From a virus, in IMG/VR virus record IMGVR_UViG_3300031521_000009: a stretch of 64,000 nt of DNA; one strand, given 5' to 3'. The stretch's first letter is position 1; each line of letters opens with the position of its first letter. A program made the translations under genes and the position numbers. Positions 8,737 to 16,148 of the stretch are shown in pieces. The notes beneath the pieces are model-generated. The model searched no databases. It saw only the letters and a program-made list of their open reading frames with translations, and was not told the DNA's origin.

Positions 8737-9480
8737 ATGGCTTTAACGTTAGACGGTATGTTGCCAGCTGCTTCATTAGGCGGTGGTAGTTCAATGGGTT
8801 CCGGAGTAGGTCTTGGAGCAGTAGGTGGTGGTGTTGCAGGTTTAGTACTTGGTTCACTTCTTGCAAGTAATGGTAATGGTGGTTTATTTGGTGGTGGTAA
8901 CAATAATGCAAATGTTGCTGAATTTGGTGCTATCAACAATCAATTACAATCATTAGGTGGTCAAATCAATGGTACAGCATTGACAGCTCAAATTCGTGCT
9001 GATACTATTGACCTTTCTCAAAGTATTAGTACTGTAGGTACACAAATAGGACAATTGGCAACTGCTCAAGCTGCAGCTAATTTTACTACTTTGGATTCAA
9101 TCAATGGATTGGGAAGAGATATTACCGCTTCTCAAAATCAGAATGCTCTTCAACAATTAAACAGTTTCAACAACCTTACCACAACTACATTGCAAGGCTT
9201 CAATAGCTCAGCAATGCAAGTACAAAATGCTACGAATCAAATCATAGCACAAGGTACAGCTTCTGCAGCTGCAATGGCTCAATGCTGTTGTGAGATTAAG
9301 AGTACTATTCTTGCCGATGGTAATGCAACACGCGCACTTATCAATGATTTGAATGTTCAAAATTTACGTGATCAACTTGCTACTGCAAATGGTAAAGTAA
9401 GTAACAACGAACAAAATCAGTATTTGTTGAGTACTATTTTGCATCACATTACTCCTACGGTTGGTAGTACAATAGTTTAA
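8737..9480 (+). CDS. Gly-zipper / coiled-coil QCCCE-motif phage protein
   Basis: Hydrophobic GxxxG-rich N-terminus, Q/N-rich helical body, MAQCCCEIK and NATRALINDLNVQNLRDQL. Confidence 0.8.
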   Translation: MALTLDGMLPAASLGGGSSMGSGVGLGAVGGGVAGLVLGSLLASNGNGGLFGGGNNNANVAEFGAINNQLQSLGGQINGTALTAQIRADTIDLSQSISTVGTQIGQLATAQAAANFTTLDSINGLGRDITASQNQNALQQLNSFNNLTTTTLQGFNSSAMQVQNATNQIIAQGTASAAAMAQCCCEIKSTILADGNATRALINDLNVQNLRDQLATANGKVSNNEQNQYLLSTILHHITPTVGSTIV

Positions 9481-9491
9481 TCCTTATAATC

Positions 9492-9770
9492 ATGTCTAGT
9501 CCATTAACTGTGGGAGCCACTGCAATAGTTGCAGTACCCGCAAACAGACATAGAGTTGATGTAAGGTTTCAGAACACTGGTGCTACTATTCTTTATTTAG
9601 CAAGAGCGCCAATTGTTCCGACAGCATTAAATTATGAAATCATGTTAGCTATTCCAACAGCAGGTGAAATTAATGAAGCATTCATCAGTACTAATAGTAC
9701 TGCTCAATTCAATGTATTAAGTTCTGCTGCAGCCGGTGTATTAGCTATTTATGAAACTAACAGAGTCTAA
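9492..9770 (+). CDS. Small beta-sandwich protein
   Basis: 92 aa, VRFQNTGATILYL, same operon as the QCCC gene. Confidence 0.7.
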   Translation: MSSPLTVGATAIVAVPANRHRVDVRFQNTGATILYLARAPIVPTALNYEIMLAIPTAGEINEAFISTNSTAQFNVLSSAAAGVLAIYETNRV

Positions 9771-9789
9771 CCTTTAAAATTAGAATAAA

Positions 9790-9975
9790 ATGGAAGAAAT
9801 AACATTGCATTTGCCTCTTATTAAAGTTATAGAACTTGTTAGGCAAGAAGAAAGAATGATGATTAAAAAGTTTTTAGCTACAAATGTAGGTCAATCAACT
9901 GCTGATATTATAGATCAATATATACCAGTTGAATCTGAAGTATTGGCTATGTTTACATGTCCTGGTATTGGATAA
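9790..9975 (+). CDS. Hypothetical protein
   Basis: 61-aa ORF before a terminator. Confidence 0.6.
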   Translation: MEEITLHLPLIKVIELVRQEERMMIKKFLATNVGQSTADIIDQYIPVESEVLAMFTCPGIG

Positions 9976-9992
9976 ACTTTGTAGTACTATAT

Positions 9993-10029
9993 AAAAAGAG
10001 TTATGATTAATTTTGTAACTCTTTTTTTT
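9993..10029 (+). terminator. Intrinsic terminator
   Basis: AAAAAGAGTTAT...GTAACTCTTTTTTTT. Confidence 0.75.
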
Positions 10030-10053
10030 GTTTAATTTATAAATAATATTGAT

Positions 10054-10371
10054 ATGGAAAATGAAAAATTACCTATTGCAGATTTAGGTGTAAAACAAGT
10101 ACCTGCAAGTGAAGCTATAGATGGCGGTAATCAACCTTTAGCTGGTACAGCTACTACTAAGCCAGTGCTAAACTATCCACGTAATGAAGAGCTTGTTATT
10201 CAATGTGTGATTAATAGTGAAGCCGAAGGATATGCTCTTTTAAGGGCATTACAAATCGTTGTGAATACATTTGGTGCCACTACATGTACTCAGCTTGTCA
10301 CTAAGCTTGAGAATAAACCTCAACTTGCTGATACTGTAAGAAAGTATATTCCTATTGTACTAGCAATGTAA
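10054..10371 (+). CDS. Hypothetical protein
   Basis: 105-aa ORF. Confidence 0.7.
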   Translation: MENEKLPIADLGVKQVPASEAIDGGNQPLAGTATTKPVLNYPRNEELVIQCVINSEAEGYALLRALQIVVNTFGATTCTQLVTKLENKPQLADTVRKYIPIVLAM

Positions 10372-10380
10372 TAATGGAAC

Positions 10381-10604
10381 GATCTAATGGCGGAATTGGT
10401 AGACGCAAGTAGAATGTAACTGATTGGGAGCTCAGATAATAGCCTAATAGGAAATGATTAGGTAGGAGAATGGAATATTCGATAAATGATTATCTAAGAA
10501 GTCTGAAATAGAGCTTCGACACTTAAAAGAGTGGGAATGAAACACTACGGCTCCAACGATACGAAAGTAAAACAATCATCCTGGTTCGAATCCGGGTTAG
10601 ATCA
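10381..10604 (+). ncRNA. tRNA-like RNA 2 with about 173 nt structured insert
   Basis: Acceptor GATCTAA/TTAGATC, Leu-type D arm GCG-GAATTGGTAGA-CGC, canonical T arm CCTGG-TTCGAAT-CCGGG; no anticodon arm. Confidence 0.8.
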
Positions 10605-10668
10605 CAGACCAGTCTGTACACTGGTAGTATTGAAGTTTAGTTACTCAATCGAACAAATGTATGGGATC

Positions 10669-10819
10669 GGTCTATTAGTGTAAATGACGCACAATCTGGA
10701 ATGAAACAATCAAGCAACTAGTGATCACTAGTGACAGACATTTCAAGGTAATTCTTGACTGAATAGCATGTTAGTAATTCAATTTAAGGATAGAGAGGGT
10801 TTGATTCCCTTATAGATCA
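10669..10819 (+). ncRNA. tRNA-like RNA 3 with about 90 nt multi-hairpin insert
   Basis: Acceptor GGTCTAT/ATAGATC, D stem GTGT/GCAC, stub stem ATCT/GGAT, T arm GAGGG-TTTGATT-CCCTT. Confidence 0.75.
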
Positions 10820-10845
10820 CAAACTAATAATCAAATAACAAATTT

Positions 10846-11160
10846 ATGAATGAAACTATTTTTACTCAACCTGCTGTATTTCCACAAGCAACATTAAACA
10901 CATATACTCCTAGTCCAATATATGTAGAACAACAATCTAATTGTTGGCATCAAGAGGATTATCATAATGGTTATCCTAATACATGTAATCCTTATTGGCA
11001 TGTTGCAGGAAGATGTTGTCAGCATGGTTGTAGTCTTTGTTATGACAAGCCTTGGAATACAGTGCCAGTTGGTGATGGAACGTTCATCCTTGCCCTGTTT
11101 CTGACAGTTTATGCGCTATTCAAATACTTTAAAAGACAATCTCATGAAACTAAAACGTAA
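10846..11160 (+). CDS. Cys/His-rich protein with PID-CTERM-like sorting tail
   Basis: VPVGDG followed by a TM helix and basic tail KYFKRQ. Confidence 0.65.
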   Translation: MNETIFTQPAVFPQATLNTYTPSPIYVEQQSNCWHQEDYHNGYPNTCNPYWHVAGRCCQHGCSLCYDKPWNTVPVGDGTFILALFLTVYALFKYFKRQSHETKT

Positions 11161-11296
11161 AAAGACATTTATGTTATTATTTGTATTGGTGGTATTGATA
11201 GGACTTATGTTCTTCTCTGGTGCTATCATTGAGATATTTGATATTGAGTTAAGCAAACCTGCTCGTGTTTATTATGAACCCGACGAAAATAAATAA
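11144..11296 (+). CDS. Small single-TM protein
   Basis: Basic N-terminus then FMLLFVLVVLIGLMFFSGAII. Confidence 0.6.
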   Translation: MKLKRKKTFMLLFVLVVLIGLMFFSGAIIEIFDIELSKPARVYYEPDENK

Positions 11297-11297
11297 A

Positions 11298-11879
11298 ATG
11301 AAGAAACTATTACTATTAATTGTCCTATTACCTATAATGGTAGTAGGACAATCTTTTTTATCTATTACAGGTGCTATTATTGCTCCAAAAACAGATACCG
11401 GTAATGAAACTGGTGCCAGTCTATCCGCTTCATTCAATCATATCATTGGACCAGTAGTAATACAACCAGTAATGGCTATTACTATGATGTCCGGGATAGA
11501 TAATGAACGACGTAGAGAACGCCAATACTCATATAATGTAGAGATGGCTTCAATAGGTATCAATCTGCTTAGCACTGGTGTGTTCTATGGTGTTGTTGGA
11601 TTTCATTTAAATGGTAATACTTTAAGCAATCAGTTTAAATTAGTTCCCAATCAATTTGATCGTACCTCGCGTAATAATCTATTCTTTTCTGAATATATTG
11701 GCATTGGTTATCGTACTTCTGTCAATATTGAATTTGGTCTTATGTATGCCAATACAAACTATATGGAAGGATATTGGCCTATTACTTCAAAGCATAACGA
11801 TATGTACTTGCAATTTAAAGTATCGTATGATATTCCGCTTCATAGTAAATGTAATTGCGAACATAGAAATTATTATTAA
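11298..11879 (+). CDS. Putative outer-membrane beta-barrel protein
   Basis: Signal peptide MKKLLLLIVLLPIMVVG-Q, alternating beta-strands, terminal strand YLQFKVSY. Confidence 0.65.
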   Translation: MKKLLLLIVLLPIMVVGQSFLSITGAIIAPKTDTGNETGASLSASFNHIIGPVVIQPVMAITMMSGIDNERRRERQYSYNVEMASIGINLLSTGVFYGVVGFHLNGNTLSNQFKLVPNQFDRTSRNNLFFSEYIGIGYRTSVNIEFGLMYANTNYMEGYWPITSKHNDMYLQFKVSYDIPLHSKCNCEHRNYY

Positions 11880-11889
11880 ATAAATAATT

Positions 11890-12177
11890 ATGGGAAATAA
11901 AAAAATACTAAAAGAAAAAGATGTATTTCCATTTGGTAAATATAAAGGATGTGTTATTGAAGAAATATTTAAAACCAAAGAAGGAGTATCTTATTGTTGG
12001 TGGTTTATGAAAAATATAGAAGGATATGAATTTGAACTTAAATTTACCAATTTAATTTATAAAGAATATAGTAGATATTTCATGAAAGAAAGCTCAAAAA
12101 AATCATATGATTCAATTCATATGGGTAGTCATGGAAATGAATGGGCTTCTGAAAATGGATATATGGAACATTTTTAA
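11890..12177 (+). CDS. PFGKYKG-motif (DUF3820/ExoX C-terminal-like) protein
   Basis: FPFGKYKG...SYCWW. Confidence 0.7.
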   Translation: MGNKKILKEKDVFPFGKYKGCVIEEIFKTKEGVSYCWWFMKNIEGYEFELKFTNLIYKEYSRYFMKESSKKSYDSIHMGSHGNEWASENGYMEHF

Positions 12178-12201
12178 TATTATTACTAAAACTCAAATAA
12201 A

Positions 12202-12531
12202 ATGAAAAAAGAAAAAGTATGTGTAGGTAATACTATCGTAGTCGATGTGTGTCAACCGAAGTTCGGTAAGTTCCTAATAGGGCGTTTTCAGGAGATGATA
12301 TGTAAACTTACCTATCCGGATGGTCTGAAAAGATTAGAATACGGATGTGTGATAACAGCAACAGTACTTGTCATTAAAGATAAGTCGTTATCTGTTCTTG
12401 TGGAAGAAGTAATAAAGAGTGCTGCTGCAGTAAATGCTGAATTAAGCAAATCAATCACTTCTCTTGCTACTTTATGGAGTAAACCAAACAATCATACAAA
12501 GAAAGATAAATCTATCATTAGAACGCTTTAA
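12202..12531 (+). CDS. Hypothetical protein (possible OB-fold)
   Basis: 109-aa beta-rich ORF. Confidence 0.6.
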   Translation: MKKEKVCVGNTIVVDVCQPKFGKFLIGRFQEMICKLTYPDGLKRLEYGCVITATVLVIKDKSLSVLVEEVIKSAAAVNAELSKSITSLATLWSKPNNHTKKDKSIIRTL

Positions 12532-12541
12532 AATCGATATT

Positions 12542-12718
12542 ATGAACGAAGAAAATAAATATATAGGTGATGGCGTATATGCTTCATTTGATGGTTATCA
12601 AATATGGTTAGCTGTAGACAATCACCACAATAAAGTTGTTGCATTAGAACCAGAAGTTATGCAAGCTTTAATAAATTACCACAATAGTCTTTTATTAAAA
12701 CAAAATAACGAGATATAA
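12542..12718 (+). CDS. Conserved small phage protein
   Basis: YIGDGVYASFDGYQIWL...VALEPEV motif. Confidence 0.7.
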   Translation: MNEENKYIGDGVYASFDGYQIWLAVDNHHNKVVALEPEVMQALINYHNSLLLKQNNEI

Positions 12719-12720
12719 TT

Positions 12721-13740
12721 ATGGACTTAGAAGAAAACATAAGTAAACTTGAATCATTGGCTAAAGAATTTCTTCTTAGTAAGAATATTATCACTGTCGG
12801 AAATACAACTACCGGCAGTGAGGTAGACTTGTCTAATGTACTTGCATTATTTGTTGAAAAGATGCAAAAACCACAACCAATGCATAATCTAATGAAAATG
12901 TTTAAAACTGCAGAAGGAATACTTGTAGTAAAACCACCAAAAGATATAGATTTCGATAAGCTTGTTGAATTGATAAAAGGTATCAGTAAGAAACCTACAT
13001 TTGTTCAAGAAAATGAATCTGGTCTTGGTTTACATGGTATGCCTTTTAATGTTGAGTTTTCAAAAGATTATCTTTGGAATGAACCGGTTATTATGACAGG
13101 TTTCAAAGAATACAAAGAATACATGCGCGATTGTCCTGACCCATCTTTTAATTTTGAAGATTGGAAAGATATGATGGATAAATACAATCAAGTAACCAAA
13201 GAAGCATTAGATGAAGTTATTGAACCATTTACATGGATTGATAAAGATAGTTTTGATGTATTATCTGGTAAGAAAGAACCAACACGTATTGGTATCATTG
13301 GTAATGTAGATAATGGTAAATCAATAATGATGCATAGATTGGGTGCTCGTAACATAGGAAAGACTTTAATGGCTTCTATTGAACAAATACCATTTGAATT
13401 AAATGGATTAGGACAAGCACATCATAAAGGTATTATTGCTATTGTTCCTGATAAAGCTACAATGGATTATGCCAGTGAAATTACTCGTATGATTGCTAAA
13501 GATACATCTATTAAAAATATAATAGTTGTTACTAAAGAACAGTATGATGCACAAGGAAAAGATTCTTTATTGAAAGCCAGTTCTATTGGTATTACTCAAC
13601 AAATGAATGAAGTTCCTGTATTTAATTATGATATAATAAATAAAGATTCTGTAATATCAGGATTAAAAGAATTATGGGATAAATCATGGGACACTAAAAA
13701 GCAAAAACGTAACAATTATAAAAAGAAAAGGAGAAAATAA
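12721..13740 (+). CDS. Mosaic hypothetical protein with P-loop-like fragments
   Basis: 339 aa; IGIIGNVDNGKS and GARNIGKT. Confidence 0.7.
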   Translation: MDLEENISKLESLAKEFLLSKNIITVGNTTTGSEVDLSNVLALFVEKMQKPQPMHNLMKMFKTAEGILVVKPPKDIDFDKLVELIKGISKKPTFVQENESGLGLHGMPFNVEFSKDYLWNEPVIMTGFKEYKEYMRDCPDPSFNFEDWKDMMDKYNQVTKEALDEVIEPFTWIDKDSFDVLSGKKEPTRIGIIGNVDNGKSIMMHRLGARNIGKTLMASIEQIPFELNGLGQAHHKGIIAIVPDKATMDYASEITRMIAKDTSIKNIIVVTKEQYDAQGKDSLLKASSIGITQQMNEVPVFNYDIINKDSVISGLKELWDKSWDTKKQKRNNYKKKRRK

Positions 13741-13742
13741 TT

Positions 13743-14276
13743 ATGAAAACTTTATTTACAAAACAAGAATTACTTTCAAGAAAAGGATGTTATTCATCTA
13801 ATGATATTGAAACATTATTTCCAAATAATAATGATGTTACAATAAAAGAGATTTTGTCAATTGAATCAGTAAATATTAAAGATAAGCGTTGGTTTATATA
13901 TAATAGTTGTGAACTAACTTTAGATGAAAAGAAAGAACTATCATTATTATTATCATGGGCTGTTTTACCAATATTTGAAAATAAATATCCTGATGATAAA
14001 AGAGTTCGTGAATGTTTAGATGGAATTGTAAAATTTAATAAAAATCTAATTACTAAAGATGAATTAATTATTCTTAGAAAAGCTGCTTATGCTGCTTATG
14101 CTGCTTATGCTACTACTGATGCTTATGCTGCTGCTGATTATGTTGCTTATGCTGCTGCTGCTACTGATGCTTATGCTGCTGCTGCTGCTGCTGCTGCTTA
14201 TGCTGCTGATTCTAAACAAAAATATTATTCTGAAAAATTAAAAGATGTACTAATAGCTTTTACTAATTCAAAATAA
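13743..14276 (+). CDS. Imm5-like domain protein with Ala/Tyr repeats
   Basis: VLPIFENKYPDDKRVRECLD followed by an AAYAAY tract. Confidence 0.65.
   Translation: MKTLFTKQELLSRKGCYSSNDIETLFPNNNDVTIKEILSIESVNIKDKRWFIYNSCELTLDEKKELSLLLSWAVLPIFENKYPDDKRVRECLDGIVKFNKNLITKDELIILRKAAYAAYAAYATTDAYAAADYVAYAAAATDAYAAAAAAAAYAADSKQKYYSEKLKDVLIAFTNSK
14082..14210 (+). repeat. In-frame GCT/TAT/GAT low-complexity repeat
   Basis: GCTGCTTAT units and a pure GCT run. Confidence 0.9.
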
Positions 14277-14280
14277 TTAT

Positions 14281-14301
14281 TATATTTGTATCATGATACA
14301 A
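14281..14301 (+). promoter_or_regulatory. -7 element TATATTTG overlapped by a 16-bp palindrome (operator-like)
   Basis: TATATTTG 14281-14288; TTGTATCATGATACAA 14286-14301. Confidence 0.55.
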
Positions 14302-14460
14302 TCAATAATTCATCCCATCACCGGACAGACGTTTGCAATATGCAGCGACACACTACTATGCGTGATTACGGTTATTATTAGATTTGTTTCGGATATCAAT
14401 CACCTTTTTAAAAAGGTATATTGTCAAATTATACAAGAACTATCTAGTTCATATGGTTAG
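14293..14460 (+). CDS. Possible leaderless 55-aa peptide
   Basis: ATG 4 nt after the -7 element, open to TAG; coding status uncertain. Confidence 0.3.
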   Translation: MIQSIIHPITGQTFAICSDTLLCVITVIIRFVSDINHLFKKVYCQIIQELSSSYG

Positions 14461-14499
14461 CTAATATATCTTTCAGTAAATAATAGATTGATATAAATT

Positions 14500-14540
14500 A
14501 AACGTCCAGATACTTTATTGTATCTGGACGTTTTCGTTTT
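14500..14540 (+). terminator. Intrinsic terminator (14-bp perfect stem)
   Basis: AAACGTCCAGATAC-TTTATT-GTATCTGGACGTTT-TCGTTTT. Confidence 0.85.
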
Positions 14541-14557
14541 AAATTAAAAATTAAATA

Positions 14558-14755
14558 ATGGCAACTGAAATAAATAAAGAAGCATTGGAATTAATAGATA
14601 ATTTTATTATGCTTAATCATCAACATGCTATTGATAGCAAAGAAGATTATGGTATGTCTTATTCTTATCATATCAAATGTGCATTATTAGTAGCTGAGAT
14701 TCAAAAAAGAAATGATTTACTAATTGAATTAAATAATATTTTAAAAAAGGAATAA
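14558..14755 (+). CDS. Hypothetical protein
   Basis: 65-aa ORF with A-rich leader. Confidence 0.65.
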   Translation: MATEINKEALELIDNFIMLNHQHAIDSKEDYGMSYSYHIKCALLVAEIQKRNDLLIELNNILKKE

Positions 14756-14756
14756 A

Positions 14757-15032
14757 ATGAAAACAATAAAAATGTTGTTCGTAAAAGAACCGGTAGCTAT
14801 CGTACCAACTATTGAGTTGCGTAGATACTCTTATGATACCAAAGAAGAACTAAAAGTTGGTGAAGTATATTCTTCTCCATCTTATCCAAAAAACTTCTTA
14901 CAAGTAGACTCTATTGAGCCGAAAGACGATAACCTTGCGTTGCCATATAAGATTAAAGAACTTGTTATTGGTGAACCGCCGGCGATTGCAGTAAGTAACA
15001 CAAACTTAGTATATCTCAAAAAAGTAAATTAA
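14757..15032 (+). CDS. Hypothetical protein
   Basis: RRYSYDTKEELKVGE motif, tightly packed. Confidence 0.7.
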   Translation: MKTIKMLFVKEPVAIVPTIELRRYSYDTKEELKVGEVYSSPSYPKNFLQVDSIEPKDDNLALPYKIKELVIGEPPAIAVSNTNLVYLKKVN

Positions 15033-15033
15033 G

Positions 15034-15435
15034 ATGAAAAATCTCATTTATAGCATATTGTCGATAATTTTGTTTATCGGTATGTTCCTTGGTCTTGAAT
15101 ATGATTTCCGAACAAACAATAATCATGTTCTTGGCTTATTCTCACCTATTCAATGGATGGCAGTACTATTCCTATTTTGGATAACTATTGTACTTTTGAA
15201 TATATGCCTTGCTTATGCACTAAAACGTGTACATAAAGCTTCAAGCCTATTATTCTATATTGAATCAGATGATGAATGCCAGTTATATGTTATACCTTTT
15301 ATGCAAGTCATTGTGCTTATAAATAATTTATTTTGTTGGCTTGCTATTATCAATGGTCGTATAAATGACGAAGATCGAATACAAGAAGAGTTTGAAAAAG
15401 AGTTTCATAAAAAAACTATTGGTTCAAAAAGGTAG
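15034..15435 (+). CDS. Membrane protein (about 3 TM)
   Basis: Three hydrophobic segments. Confidence 0.7.
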   Translation: MKNLIYSILSIILFIGMFLGLEYDFRTNNNHVLGLFSPIQWMAVLFLFWITIVLLNICLAYALKRVHKASSLLFYIESDDECQLYVIPFMQVIVLINNLFCWLAIINGRINDEDRIQEEFEKEFHKKTIGSKR

Positions 15436-15733
15436 TTCTCTCCTTAATGGCTTTCGTTATTATCATATTTCTTCTTATACATCTTTCAAGAAACACTTTG
15501 TAGATTATTCTTCTTTCAATCGGAGCTATTCGTATGCACCGGTTGAATTTGTGTGTCTTGTATACTGATAATGTAAGAAAACCTCCACGCTTAATGATAT
15601 GGGAAATTACTTGACCATAATAGTTCAGTAGTCTTTCTATATCGTTACGCGTGACAGATTTAAAATTTACTGGATCCTGTTCTTTTACTTTGGCCAGGAC
15701 TCTTTTACTTATTTCCTTATTTGTAAATAGCAT
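15416..15733 (-). CDS. HU/IHF-like DNA-binding protein
   Basis: TNKEISKRV...VTRNDIERLLNYYGQVISHIIKRGGFLTL resembles the HU helical body; has its own promoter. Confidence 0.55.
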   Translation of the reverse strand: MLFTNKEISKRVLAKVKEQDPVNFKSVTRNDIERLLNYYGQVISHIIKRGGFLTLSVYKTHKFNRCIRIAPIERRIIYKVFLERCIRRNMIITKAIKERTTFLNQ

Positions 15734-15750
15734 ATCATAATGATTTGCGA

Positions 15751-15758
15751 CAAAGATA
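15751..15758 (-). promoter_or_regulatory. Bacteroidota -7 element TATCTTTG
   Basis: Consensus match about 18 nt upstream of ATG 15733. Confidence 0.7.
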
Positions 15759-15782
15759 ACACTTTCATAAAACATAACGTAA

Positions 15783-16148
15783 ATGAAAACAAAATTAGTA
15801 AAACCAAATTTAAGCTCGTTTGAGCTATCTAAATTGAATTTCTATGCTGACTACTTAGGTTACATATTTAAGTTCAACAGAGAGAAGCAAAGCGCCCTTT
15901 TTGAAACCATAGAAAAAGAAGTTGCATACATACAAATGGATGAATACAATCATCTCTTTCTTGTGTGGAAAAATGATGAACGTATAGAATTTATTGATGA
16001 AAAGATAAATATTTGTATGAAACTACATGATATCAATATTTTCCCTGATGTATTTTCTACATTATCATTAATTATTGGTATGCATGTAATAACTGGAGAA
16101 ACAGTTTCAAAACAAAAATATAAAAAGCTATGTCTACACACTCTGTAA
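15783..16148 (+). CDS. Hypothetical protein
   Basis: 121-aa ORF overlapping the next start. Confidence 0.65.
   Translation: MKTKLVKPNLSSFELSKLNFYADYLGYIFKFNREKQSALFETIEKEVAYIQMDEYNHLFLVWKNDERIEFIDEKINICMKLHDINIFPDVFSTLSLIIGMHVITGETVSKQKYKKLCLHTL

Noticed and set aside
10407-10579. Group I intron in tRNA-Leu
   Set aside because: No recognisable P/Q/R/S core, short length, and I could not reconstruct an anticodon stem-loop from the flanks
10381-10604. tmRNA, with internal mini-ORF MEYSINDYLRSLK as tag
   Set aside because: Acceptor stem lacks the G3-U70 alanine identity, a D stem is present, and the peptide lacks an Ala-ending tag; probably chance
12721-13740. Functional GTPase or terminase ATPase
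   Set aside because: Only isolated P-loop-like fragments; downstream motifs are missing
14082-14210. CRISPR array or DGR repeat
   Set aside because: In-frame codon repeat with no spacers; no reverse transcriptase or cas operon in the window
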